Shown here: piece by piece, positions 19,224-32,015 of the stretch
Position numbering within the stretch: the stretch's first letter is position 1
Layout: each line of letters opens with the position of its first letter
Origin: Desulfobacterales bacterium
Lineage (GTDB): Bacteria; Desulfobacterota; Desulfobacteria; Desulfobacterales; UBA2174
DNA: 64,000 nt
Assembly (NCBI GenBank): GCA_963668645.2
Contig: CAXXWC010000018.1
Span: 1-64,000 of the forward strand
Direction: 5' to 3'
Program-made: the position numbers and the translations under genes
Notes under the pieces: model-generated
The model's input: the letters and a program-made list of their open reading frames with translations, nothing else
Databases searched by the model: none
What the model was told of the DNA's origin: nothing

Positions 19224-20651
19224 TTAGATCCCCCGGGGGGATCGGGCGGCATTTTTCCCGGCCACACGGCCGAAGACCAGGCAGTCGGTGATGGCGCAGC
19301 TGCCCAGGCGGCAGGCCCCATGAACCCCTCCGGCGACTTCTCCGGCGGCGTAGAGCCCGGCGATGGGCTGGCGTTGCAGGTCGAGCACCCGGGCCTGGGT
19401 GTCGATCAGGACCCCGCCCATGGTGTGATGGACTTTGGGAAAGGTGCGCATGGCGAAAAAGGGCGGCGTTTCGATGGGCAGGGCGCGGGCCAGAATCGGT
19501 TTGCCGAAGTCGGGGTCCAGGCCCCCGCTGACTGCCTGGTTGTATTTCGCCACCGTCTCGCGGAGCCCCTCAAAGGGGATATCGAAGTTGCCGGCCAGCC
19601 CCTTCAGGCTGTCGAAGGCTTTGACGACTCCCCGTTTGAGGCAGCGGTCGATCCGAAACCCGGATACGGCCACTGCACTGCTGTCGGTCATGCTGATGCA
19701 CGGGTGCCCGGCATTCAGGATGGCGTCGGCCCGGGTTCTGCGGTCGGCCAGTTCGTTGACGATGCGGCAACCTGTGTGAGGGTCCACCAGGATCCCGTAG
19801 GGAAAGGCGATGTAGCTGGCGAAATCGGGCCCAACGCCGTAAAATTTCTCGTCCGGGCAGGCCCATGGACCGAGCTGGATCCATGACAGGTGCACCGCCA
19901 GTGCCCCGATGCGCATGGCTGCTTGCAAACCTTGCGCCGTGGTGCCGGTTTTGTTGGTGCTGCCGACATCGGGTCCTAAGCGAGGATCCTGGGCCGTGCG
20001 AAAGGCGATGTCGTCGGCAAATCCACCGGTGGCCAGCACAACGGCCCGTCTGGCCAGGATCCGTCGCTGCCCGCCGGCCGGCGATTCGGCCAGGCTGTCC
20101 TCCCGGCCCACCGCCACCCCGCGCACACCACCGGCCTCGTCCTGTAGCAGCGCCTCAAGGTGGATGCGGGTTCGAAAAGCCACCCCCATCGCCTTCGCCT
20201 TGCCGAGCATCGGACGGATATACTGCGAACCGCTGCGCCGCAACGGTGTGTAGCAGCGCGGCACCGAATGGCCCCCGAACTGGTCTACCCGATTTTGATA
20301 GGTCATGCCCAGAAAGTCGATTGTCCAGCGGAAGGCCTCCACCGAGTGTTCGGCCACCGTGCGCACCAGTTCGACCTGATTGAGATGCAGGCCCGCACGG
20401 AGCATGTCTTCGGCCAACAAATCGGGGGAGTCGGTGATGCCGGCCTTTTTTTGCAGGTCGGTTCCGGCTGCGGCCATTACCCCGTCGCTGATGGTCGAAT
20501 TGCCGCCGTAGCCCTTCGCCTTTTCGATCACCAGGACATTGCTGCCCGCGGCTCTGGCTTCGATGGCGGCCGCCAGTCCGGCAAAGCCGCTGCCCACCAC
20601 GACCACGTCGGCCTGGTCATCCCATGTCTGTTCTGTCTTTCTGAAAGTCAT
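19224..20651 (-). CDS. Flavocytochrome c / fumarate- or urocanate-reductase-family flavoprotein
   Basis: VVVGSGFAG, GGHSVPR, LATGGF, VHHTMGG and AAGEVAGGVHGACRLG; no heme motif or signal peptide. Confidence 0.85.
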   Translation of the reverse strand: MTFRKTEQTWDDQADVVVVGSGFAGLAAAIEARAAGSNVLVIEKAKGYGGNSTISDGVMAAAGTDLQKKAGITDSPDLLAEDMLRAGLHLNQVELVRTVAEHSVEAFRWTIDFLGMTYQNRVDQFGGHSVPRCYTPLRRSGSQYIRPMLGKAKAMGVAFRTRIHLEALLQDEAGGVRGVAVGREDSLAESPAGGQRRILARRAVVLATGGFADDIAFRTAQDPRLGPDVGSTNKTGTTAQGLQAAMRIGALAVHLSWIQLGPWACPDEKFYGVGPDFASYIAFPYGILVDPHTGCRIVNELADRRTRADAILNAGHPCISMTDSSAVAVSGFRIDRCLKRGVVKAFDSLKGLAGNFDIPFEGLRETVAKYNQAVSGGLDPDFGKPILARALPIETPPFFAMRTFPKVHHTMGGVLIDTQARVLDLQRQPIAGLYAAGEVAGGVHGACRLGSCAITDCLVFGRVAGKNAARSPRGI

Positions 20652-20697
20652 GTTCTCTCCCCGTCTGGTTTGGCGGCCGGCGGTTGGGCAACCGGTT

Positions 20698-21024
20698 TCA
20701 AGCGCCGGCCGCGCCAAGGTTGAGTCCCACCACACCGGCGATGATCAACACCAGGCTGATGAACTTCGAGGCGGTGAGCGTTTCATTGAAGCACAGGATT
20801 CCAATGGCCGCGATCAAGGCTGTGCCGGTTCCCGACCAGACGGCATAAGCGATGCCGACGTCGATTTTTTTCAGCGCCAGGGTGAGGGCCGCAAAAGAAC
20901 CGGCATAAAAAACGAAAAGCAGCACCGAAGGAAAAAGCCGGGTAAACCCTTGGGAAAGTTTCATCGATGTGGTCCCTGCGACCTCCAGGACAATTGCGCC
21001 GGCAAGAAAAGCCCACTGTTGCAT
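20698..21024 (-). CDS. SMR-family (EmrE/QacE-type) efflux transporter
   Basis: WAFLAGAIVLEVAGTTSMKLSQGF and AYAVWSG; four TM segments; GGAGGA RBS. Confidence 0.9.
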   Translation of the reverse strand: MQQWAFLAGAIVLEVAGTTSMKLSQGFTRLFPSVLLFVFYAGSFAALTLALKKIDVGIAYAVWSGTGTALIAAIGILCFNETLTASKFISLVLIIAGVVGLNLGAAGA

Positions 21025-21455
21025 CAGTCCTCCTCCTTGCTGCCTTGAATGTTCAGCCGGCCTGGCTCGATTTGTTCCAAGGCGTTTCCGCCTATTGCGC
21101 TTACCTAGCAACCGGCGTTATATTAGAGCGCCTAAGCCGACATCCATACGCCGGCGCCCACTGCGTAATGGGGTCGTGAAAATCTGCATGCCATCCTGCG
21201 CAGTTGCGATGAGCTTGCAAGGCAGCATCTCTTCCGATCCCTGGCACGCAAGGCTCCATTTCAGGCAGACATCCCCATGAGTGCCCGGAGTGATGGCCGC
21301 TGACTATTTACGGGCTTGCCACGACCTGTCCCGTTCGAACATTTTTCAGCCCATCCGACGCCGCAGGCATCCGGACGCGCCGTGTATCTGCGCCGCCGGG
21401 AGCCGGGATGAAACCGCGCGTGGTTTAACTGCTTGCCATGAAGAGGGAAAATGAT

Positions 21456-22610
21456 ATGCCCACCCCCGCTTCCACCATTCTCATTGTCGATGATGAGCCG
21501 GTGAATCTGGCCGTGCTGAACCAATTGCTGGCGCCGGAGTTTCGCGTTCTGGCCTGCAGAACAGGCGCGCAGGCGCTGAAGAGTGCGACAGGCCAACCGG
21601 CACCCGACCTCGTCCTGCTGGATGTCATGATGCCGGGGATGGACGGCTATGAAGTATTGCGCCACCTGCGGGGAAGCGCGACAACCCGCGATATCCCCGT
21701 TATTTTCGTCACTGCCCTGGACGGTTCGATGGACGAGGAGCGCGGTCTCTCCCTTGGAGCGGTGGACTATATCACAAAACCGGTCAAGCCGGCCATCGTC
21801 AAGGCACGCGTGAATGCCCACCTGGAGATCAAACAGGCACGCGACCGGCTCAAGGACCAGAACGCCTGGCTGGAAGCCGAGGTCGCCAGGCGCATGCGCG
21901 AAAACATAATCATTCAGGAAGTCAGTCTTTCGGCTTTGGCGCAACTGGCCGAGACGCGCGATACGGATACCGGCAATCATATTCTGCGCACCCAGGCCTA
22001 CGTCGAAAGCCTGGCCCGTAAACTTCAAGACGATCCACGTTTTGCCCCGCAACTGGATGAACTGCACCTGGTCCGGATCGTCAAGGCTTCACCCCTGCAC
22101 GACATCGGAAAGGTCGGGATCCCGGATCGGATCCTGCTCAAACCGGGGCATCTGACACCCGAAGAGTGGCAGATCATGAAGACCCACTGCCGTATCGGCG
22201 GAGATGCCATCGGCAACGCCATCGACCGGGTGATCGCCTCCGGCACGGGCCTGGACGGGGTAGCCAAGCCCGAATCCCTCGCCTATCTGGAGGTCGCGCA
22301 GGTCATCGCTTACAGCCATCACGAAAAATGGGACGGCAGCGGATACCCCGAGGGACTGGCAGGCAACGCCATTCCGCTGCCGGCCAGGCTGATGGCTTTT
22401 GCCGACGTGTTCGACGCGCTGACGACCCCGCGCGTCTACAAAGAGGCCTGGAGCATGGAACAGGCCGTTCAAATGATTTTCGAGCAGAAAGGCCGGCATT
22501 TCGATCCGGGCCTTGTCGAGGCCTTCGCTTTACTTCAGCCCGAATTCGACCGCATCCGGCGGCGGCTGGCCGATGAACCGGCGCAAAACGCGCCCAAAAA
22601 GGGACCATGA
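21456..22610 (+). CDS. REC-HD-GYP response regulator (c-di-GMP phosphodiesterase, RpfG-like)
   Basis: ILIVDD, LLDVMMP, ETRDTDTGNH, LHDIGK, HHEKWDGSGYP and ADVFDAL. Confidence 0.92.
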   Translation: MPTPASTILIVDDEPVNLAVLNQLLAPEFRVLACRTGAQALKSATGQPAPDLVLLDVMMPGMDGYEVLRHLRGSATTRDIPVIFVTALDGSMDEERGLSLGAVDYITKPVKPAIVKARVNAHLEIKQARDRLKDQNAWLEAEVARRMRENIIIQEVSLSALAQLAETRDTDTGNHILRTQAYVESLARKLQDDPRFAPQLDELHLVRIVKASPLHDIGKVGIPDRILLKPGHLTPEEWQIMKTHCRIGGDAIGNAIDRVIASGTGLDGVAKPESLAYLEVAQVIAYSHHEKWDGSGYPEGLAGNAIPLPARLMAFADVFDALTTPRVYKEAWSMEQAVQMIFEQKGRHFDPGLVEAFALLQPEFDRIRRRLADEPAQNAPKKGP

Positions 22611-22792
22611 CCTGACCGTTTCCTGGCCGGGATCCACGCTTCCGAATACGCCGGGGCCTGAGCACGGCCCGATGCCGCGGATGATGCCAGCGGGGAATTT
22701 GTTCGGTTCACAGGGGAGGGGCGGGTCGAATCCCTTGGGAAAAGCGGCGGCCACGCGGTCGCCAAGAGCATCGGGGAGCGAACGTTTCCGCC

Positions 22793-25999
<3,207 letters not shown>

Positions 26000-26093
26000 G
26001 GCGCTTTTTGATCGCTTTCTGCAGGCGATTGATTCGCAGCCGGTAATGAAAGGGGATTCAGTCTGCCCGGCTGCGGATCATCCGGCCCGGAAA

Positions 26094-26753
26094 TCAGGCC
26101 GCCGGCTGGCGTTTGGCGGCCGTTTCCCACTCTTCCACCTCGCCTTCGGCCGCATCCTCCCACCCGGTGATCATGGCCTTGACGTGGGCCGTGAGGGTGT
26201 GGCCGGTGGTGGTCATGTAGACGTGCACCACTACAAAGCAGAGGATGGCAAAGGCACCGGCCGTATGGACCAAGGCGACCATATCCAGGGAAAGCCAGTC
26301 AAGCCCCCAGTCCTTCCAGGAGTTGTATCCCCAGTAGAGAAAGCCCGAGGCCATCTGAACCGGGAGCAGAAAGGCCGCCAGGGACAGATAGACCAGGCGT
26401 TGGAGCGGGTTGTGCTTGGCTTCTTTGCGTTTGGGCACCGGGTGGCGCTCGCCCTTGAAGATCCCGTAGCTGTAGTAGCGGATGACCTGAAACATCTTTT
26501 TGGTGGTGGGAATGTATTGCTTCCACTCGCCGGTGGTAAAGAGCCAGAAGACGAAGAAGGCAAAGGCGATCAGCCAGCCCAGGCCAACCAGGTTGTGGAT
26601 TTGCACAGCCCGGCCGAAGCCCAGAAAACCGAAGTTGCCGTGGACTTCGAAGCCGGTGAGCAGCAAGGCGAAGATCAGGGCCATCTGCAGCCAGTGCCAG
26701 AAACGCTCATAGCGGGTGTAAAGGTACATGTTGATCATTTGCGGTGCGGACAT
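26094..26753 (-). CDS. Di-heme cytochrome b membrane anchor (PhsC / hydrogenase cytochrome b-like)
   Basis: YERFWHWLQ, QIHN, KHNPLQRLVY and LVHTAGA...VVHVYMTTTG; four TM segments. Confidence 0.85.
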   Translation of the reverse strand: MSAPQMINMYLYTRYERFWHWLQMALIFALLLTGFEVHGNFGFLGFGRAVQIHNLVGLGWLIAFAFFVFWLFTTGEWKQYIPTTKKMFQVIRYYSYGIFKGERHPVPKRKEAKHNPLQRLVYLSLAAFLLPVQMASGFLYWGYNSWKDWGLDWLSLDMVALVHTAGAFAILCFVVVHVYMTTTGHTLTAHVKAMITGWEDAAEGEVEEWETAAKRQPAA

Positions 26754-26755
26754 GG

Positions 26756-28390
26756 CTATCGACCCTCCTTGCGGCCGTTGGTGAAGATGCGCGTCAAACC
26801 GTGCACCACCACCCCCAGCAAATTTGCCAGGACCAGGATCCAGCCCACCGAGTCCAACAGCCTGAAGTTGTCCCGCCCCGGCATGTAGAAGCCGGCCAGG
26901 TTGGCCAGGCGGCTTTCGGTGCGGGTGTGGCACTGGCGGCAGGAGACGACGTCCTTTTTGGGCGCCACCATGTGGGTGATGGGAAAGACGTAGGTGGTGT
27001 CCACGAAATCGAATTCGCCCGAATAGGGGATCCCCAGGGCCTGCTGGCCCTTGGTAAGCGCGTGCTGCCAGTCCAGGGTCTCCCAATAGCCGTCCGGTCC
27101 GGAGAGCATGGGCCCGAGCAGGGTCTTGTTGACCTTGTCGTAAGGCTGGCGTCCCCGGTGCACTTTGAAAGGAAAGATGCGCGCCTTGGGGTCCCGCGAG
27201 TTGCCCGCCGGATGACTCACCGCCACGACGCGGCCCGGATCGATGGGCTCCTTGGCCGTCACGCTTTCGATGGAGCCGTTGTACCAGAAATACTCGGGCC
27301 TGACGTTCTTGGCCCACTTCATCTGGCCTTTGATGGAAAGGTAGCTGTCCTTGCCGAACGCGTCCTTGGTCTTGTACGGCTTGCCGTCCTTGGTCTTGCC
27401 GGCCTGGGACCAGTCCCAGGACATCTTGGTCGGATTGACCCGGGCGAAGGTGGGGATGTGGCAGCTCTGGCAGGCCACCTTGTCCGTATGGTCGTTGGCC
27501 TTGGATCCGGCCTGGTGCGGGGTCGCGCTGTGGCACGACTCGCAGGTGATCTTGGCGGTCAGATCGTCTTCGATCAGGCTCTTGCGGTCCCTGGCGGCCG
27601 GGCGGGTGTAGACCCGGCCGGCGATGTTGTGCAAGGTGGTGGTGTGGCAGCGGGTGCACTGGAAGTTGCGCCCGTCGGCGTCCATGTGGACGTCCAGGGC
27701 CTTGTTGGGCCTGGTGAGCGAAGTGTCCAGATCCCCGTGCTTGACCCCGTCCCCGCCGCCCCCTTTGAAATGGCAGGCGCCGCAGTTCTGCCGTTCCGGG
27801 CGGGTCACGGCCTGGACCGCCGCCTGGATGTTGGCGCGGATCTCTTTGGCGATTTCCTGTTCACCGGGATCTTTGGAATCGGCGAAGGCTTCCAAGTCCT
27901 CGAAGGCTTCTTCCCAGTTGATCAGCTTTTGCCCGTGACAGTTGAGGCAGTTGACGGCCTCGGTCTTTTTGCCCCAGCCCGGGTGGCAGCTCAGGCACCC
28001 TTTGTCCTGCATCCGGTCGGCCGAAATGCAGAAGTTGTTGACCGAGTCGCCGGCCTTGCCGTGCACGATGCCGCTGTCGGTGGTGTAAGCTTTCCAGGTC
28101 CAGTGGATGGTGCGGTGAAACTGTTCGGCCGCTTCGGTGTGGCAGGAGATGCAGGCCTGGGTCACCTCCGGACCGGAACGGAAGTCCTTTTGCAGGGCCG
28201 GAAGCCGGGAATGGTCGGTGGTGATCCAGAGGGTTTTGCCCTTGGTGGCCTGGTCCGCCATGGTCCGGCCCGGAGCTCGATCATCCGTCTCGGCCGTGTC
28301 GCCCACGGCAGTCGAGGGACCGAAGAAGGGCATAAGGAACAGGACCAGGGTGCATGGCCAAATCCATCGGCGTTTCAGGGTCGAGCGCAT
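26756..28390 (-). CDS. otr: Octaheme tetrathionate reductase-family c-type cytochrome
   Basis: Eight CxxCH motifs (CISCH, CLSCH, CLNCH, CGACH, CTRCH, CESCH, CQSCH, CRQCH), HWTW, GK...NNFC, GGGGDGVKHGDLD; signal peptide and C-terminal TM anchor. Confidence 0.9.
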   Translation of the reverse strand: MRSTLKRRWIWPCTLVLFLMPFFGPSTAVGDTAETDDRAPGRTMADQATKGKTLWITTDHSRLPALQKDFRSGPEVTQACISCHTEAAEQFHRTIHWTWKAYTTDSGIVHGKAGDSVNNFCISADRMQDKGCLSCHPGWGKKTEAVNCLNCHGQKLINWEEAFEDLEAFADSKDPGEQEIAKEIRANIQAAVQAVTRPERQNCGACHFKGGGGDGVKHGDLDTSLTRPNKALDVHMDADGRNFQCTRCHTTTLHNIAGRVYTRPAARDRKSLIEDDLTAKITCESCHSATPHQAGSKANDHTDKVACQSCHIPTFARVNPTKMSWDWSQAGKTKDGKPYKTKDAFGKDSYLSIKGQMKWAKNVRPEYFWYNGSIESVTAKEPIDPGRVVAVSHPAGNSRDPKARIFPFKVHRGRQPYDKVNKTLLGPMLSGPDGYWETLDWQHALTKGQQALGIPYSGEFDFVDTTYVFPITHMVAPKKDVVSCRQCHTRTESRLANLAGFYMPGRDNFRLLDSVGWILVLANLLGVVVHGLTRIFTNGRKEGR

Positions 28391-28448
28391 CGCTTGCTCC
28401 CATCGTTTTTAAAGACCGCATCCATCGCCCCGATGTGGGGCTGGGCGC

Positions 28449-29594
28449 TCATTTCGGCTTGGTGAGGGTAAACGTGCCGTCCTTTTTGAAGGTCATCTCG
28501 CCGTCCACGTAGTAGACGTTTTTCATCTCGGGACGCAGGTCCTGGACCATGTAGTACGACTCGCCGCTGCGGGCGCCCGTGCCGCAGATGAAGATTACAG
28601 GCCTGTCGCCGGGCAGGCGCTTGATCTGTCCGGCTAGATCGTCCACCGGGATATTGATAGCTGATTTCAAACTCCCTTTGGCGAATTCGTCCGCATCGCG
28701 GACGTCCACCAGGTAGACCGATGCGGGATCCTCGGCCATGATGCGGTTAAACTCGGCATGATCGATGCTGCCCTCCTCGGCCCCGGCCTTGAGGGATGTG
28801 GGGGCCGCCGCCGCCATGGCGCTCTGGCCGCCCAGGGCCTTCCAGGCCGGGTAGCCTTCGGCAAAGACCTTGACGTTGGTGTAGCCCAGAGCGATGGCCT
28901 TTGCCGCGCTTTTGTGGCTCAGTTTGCATGCCAGCCCGCCACAGTAGAAGACCATGAGGTGATCCTTATCCGCGGGCAGCTCTGCTTTGAGTTGGTCGAA
29001 CTGCATGTCCGGGATGCTGATCGCCGTCGGGATGTGGCCCTTGTCGTACTTGGCCCGCCTGGGGCGCGCATCCACCAGCGTCATGGGAGCGCCCTTGTCG
29101 AGCTGGGCCTTGACCCACTCGGCCGATACGGCGGGGTAATTCCCCTTTTGCGCGATCCAGGCCGGGTAGCCTTCAGCGAAAACCTTGACGTTGGTGTAGC
29201 CCAGCGCTTCGGCTTTTCTGGCGGCACTATGGCTCAGCTTGCAATGCAGCCCCTCGCAGTAAAATATCAGCAAACTGTTCTTGTCCGCCGGCAGCTTCTC
29301 TGCGGCCAGGGCCTCGAACCGGCTGTCGGGGATGCTGACCGCCATGGGGATGTGGCCCTTGTAGTACTTGGGCTTGTACGGCCGGGCGTCGATGAGCATG
29401 ACGTTTTCAGCCATGGGGATACTGATGTGGGCCTTTACGAAGGCGATGTCGACGATATCGTGGAACGGCTCGAAGGCCGGTGCGGCAGCTGCCGCGGCGG
29501 TGGGCGCCGCACTTTTGCTGGCGGCGCATCCGGATAGACCGGTGATCAGCAGGAAGGCGGCCAGAAGGGCGGCCGAGCAGGGTCTGGGTCTCAT
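28449..29594 (-). CDS. Three-domain rhodanese (sulfurtransferase) lipoprotein
   Basis: Lipobox LSGC; DARP...KGHIP twice; active loops FYCEGLHC, FYCGGLAC and FICGTGAR. Confidence 0.85.
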   Translation of the reverse strand: MRPRPCSAALLAAFLLITGLSGCAASKSAAPTAAAAAAPAFEPFHDIVDIAFVKAHISIPMAENVMLIDARPYKPKYYKGHIPMAVSIPDSRFEALAAEKLPADKNSLLIFYCEGLHCKLSHSAARKAEALGYTNVKVFAEGYPAWIAQKGNYPAVSAEWVKAQLDKGAPMTLVDARPRRAKYDKGHIPTAISIPDMQFDQLKAELPADKDHLMVFYCGGLACKLSHKSAAKAIALGYTNVKVFAEGYPAWKALGGQSAMAAAAPTSLKAGAEEGSIDHAEFNRIMAEDPASVYLVDVRDADEFAKGSLKSAINIPVDDLAGQIKRLPGDRPVIFICGTGARSGESYYMVQDLRPEMKNVYYVDGEMTFKKDGTFTLTKPK

Positions 29595-29658
29595 CTTATT
29601 CTCCATGCAGCGTGCACCCGGCAAGACCGGCCTGCCGGATGGATGTGAAAACCTTTGC

Positions 29659-30003
29659 CTACTTGCACTTGGCCGGGGTTGGCGAGTCGGCTGCGTGGTC
29701 GTGCAGGTAGGCGTAGATGTCCATCAGGGCGGCCTCGGAAAGGGCGTCCCATTCCTGTTTGCAGCCGAACTCGGCAAAATCCTTCTTTTCGAAGACCCGG
29801 GTCCACTGGGCCTGGGTTTTGGCGTCCGGGCTGACGGGGGGTTTGGCCGAGGTCGCTTCACCGCGCTCCATGCAGGCCTGGTAGACCTTGCGATAGGTGT
29901 ACTTGCCCTTGCGGTCGTTGCCCTTTTCCAGGGCCAGGGCGATGCCTGCAAAGGTCAAAAGAAAGAGTACGGCGGTGAGGCTCAGAATCGCTTTTTTAAA
30001 CAT
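29659..30003 (-). CDS. Small exported cytochrome-c-like protein lacking CxxCH
   Basis: Signal peptide; GNDRKGKY, KTQAQW and YLHDHAADSPTPAKC; YQACM at the expected heme-motif position. Confidence 0.6.
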   Translation of the reverse strand: MFKKAILSLTAVLFLLTFAGIALALEKGNDRKGKYTYRKVYQACMERGEATSAKPPVSPDAKTQAQWTRVFEKKDFAEFGCKQEWDALSEAALMDIYAYLHDHAADSPTPAKCK

Positions 30004-30073
30004 TTTTCCTCCTAATCCTAAATGATGCGTGCCCGGGTACGGCAAGCGCCCGCCCGGATCGGTTTGATGCGGT

Positions 30074-31785
30074 TCAATAGCGGAACGTCAGCGACAGATA
30101 GCCGTCCCAGACGGTGTCGACCACCGGGTTGAGGGCGTCCAGGGCACTTAGCGCGCTGATCTTCAACGGTTCGCCCATGGGGTTGCCGCTGCCGGTGTAC
30201 GCGTAGTCGTAGTAGCGGACCCCCAAAGTGGCGAAGAAGTTGTCGCGGTAGATGGGCTGATGCCAGTAGGCCTCGTAGACCTGGCCGCGCACCGCCAGTT
30301 TGCTGCCCACCAGCGAGTCCTCGGCCCCGGTGAAATTGAACCAGTACTTGGAGCCGTAGTTGTACTCCAGGCCCAAACGGGCATCGAACGGCATGGGCAG
30401 TACGGCCCCCAGGTAGATCATGTAGCCGTCGCGGTCCTTCAACTCGCCGTTGGAGTTGAGCAGGCCCATGCCCATAAGCTTGTAGAAGGGGTTTTGCGAG
30501 GTTTGTGAGGGGCTGGTGTGGCTCCAGGAGCCGGAGATGAACAGGTCGATATCGGTATCGAGCCGTTCGGCCAGATTGGTGCGCAAAAGCAGGCTGGCGG
30601 CGTCCCAGTCGCCGATTTCGGTCATTGGCTGCAGGCGCGACACATACCCGCCGCTATTGGGCGCAAAGGAGAAGGTGCCGTCGGCGTTTTCAGATACGGT
30701 AAAGGGCATGACCGTCAGGCCGGTGAACCCGTCGGTGATGTCCCAGGCATGGGCATAGTTGAGTACCGCGCTGGTCTGGTCGTCGTCGAACAAGGTGGCG
30801 ATGAAGCCGAACATATGTACGTCATCCACATCGGACTGGGTGTGGCCCAGGGCGTAGGTGTTGCCCCAGTCTCCCTCGAAGCCGACTCCGTAGCAGAGCT
30901 TGAGGGCCGCCCCCGGAATCCCGGTGACCTCCTCCAGGCCCAGGTTGTACGAGGCGCCGTCGAAAACTGCCAGTTGATGATGGTGGCCAGCGGAGAGCCG
31001 CCCTCCAGGCTGTTGTTGAGAAATTCCAGCGGCGGGCCTTCCGTGGAGGGGCGGCGGCCGAGGGAAAAGCTGGTGGGTACCGGGCCGAGATCCTTCTTGT
31101 AGAGGAAATAGGCCCGCTCCAAACGGATGGTGTCCCCGTGGGGCAAACTGGTGGTGTTGCCGTCCAGGGTCACGTCCCCCAGGCTGCCCTGGTTGAACTT
31201 CACCTCGGTGCTGTCGCCGAAAACCTTGTAGGCCGCCAGGCGGCCGGCGAAGCTGAGCTGGTCGTTGACTTTGGTGTGCATATTGAGGCGGAACTTGTTG
31301 GTCAGGATGATGTCGTTGTTGGCATCGTAGGTTTCGGGGGGCGGGATCATGCCGGCGGCGGCCATGCTGCCGATGGCCTGTTGGATCTGGGGCAGGGTGG
31401 CGTTGTTGAATCCGGCCGGATAGTCGACGAAGAAGTTGCCCGCCATCGCGCCGGGCGCCACCCGAAGATCGGTGTAATGGAGCGTGTCGGCCCGGCTGCG
31501 CAGCTCGACGCCCAGGGCGACCTTGTCGATGGCGGCGTGCAATTCGGCCTTGTTGAGGCGGTCGTCCATCTGCGCCATCTCTTCTGCCTTGTCCTGGGTT
31601 TTAGCCTCCAGGGCCTCGATTTTTTTTTGGACGGCCTCTATTTCCTGCATCATCTGCACCATGCGCTGTTTCAGGGCCGCCACATCGTCGTCGGCCCCCA
31701 CGGCAGCCGGTGCCGTGACGCCGAACAGCAGTACCGCGGCTGCCAGGGTCTGCAGGCCGCTTCGCATCCATCCTTTTGTCTTCAT
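30074..31785 (-). CDS. DUF3373-like outer-membrane beta-barrel protein, one apparent +1 frameshift (30963-30966)
   Basis: Signal peptide, coiled coil, LERAYF, SLGRRPSTEGPP, GLEYNYGSKYWFNF, SKLAVRG and aromatic C-terminus. Removing one T restores INWQFDGASY and joins the two ORFs. Confidence 0.78.
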
Positions 31786-31837
31786 TGCCGCTCCTTGCCT
31801 CAGGGTTGCCGGTGCGTTGCTCGGGGCAATATTTTTC

Positions 31838-31853
31838 AGCAAGGGGCATGCCA
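31838..31853 (-). promoter_or_regulatory. Sigma54 (-24/-12) promoter of the DUF3373-OTR operon
   Basis: The minus strand reads TGGCAT-GCCCC-TTGCT, with correct GG-N10-GC spacing, 52 bp upstream of the start codon. Confidence 0.8.
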
Positions 31854-31951
31854 GAGTCCGGGTGACGGCCGCAAAACCGGGTATCGGTTTGAAATGGCGT
31901 AGAAAATGAAGGCCCTGAAAGCCTCTTGCCAAATGCTGCCGGCTGGTTTAG

Positions 31952-32002
31952 GTTAACAGGTGTTAACTTAACAGGTAGCACTTTGCCGAAGGCAGGGTTA
32001 AC
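31952..32002. promoter_or_regulatory. Candidate enhancer (UAS) for the adjacent sigma54 activator
   Basis: Perfect palindrome GTTAACA-GG-TGTTAAC (31952-31967), plus TTAAC and GTTAAC half-sites, about 100-150 bp upstream of the sigma54 promoter. Confidence 0.55.
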
Positions 32003-32015
32003 ATGCGGAGGGGGC

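Noticed and set aside
21242..21257. Sigma54 promoter (TGGCACG) before the HD-GYP gene
   Set aside because: There is no GC at the required -12 spacing.
21025..21280. Guanidine riboswitch upstream of the SMR gene
   Set aside because: I saw no paired ACGR hairpins or ykkC motif, and the protein has the EmrE/Qac-type AIxxEV motif rather than the Gdx type.
26754..27659. N-terminal 300 aa of the 521-aa ORF 26094-27659
   Set aside because: It is an alternative frame over the otr gene; cytochrome b starts at 26753 after a GGAGG RBS.
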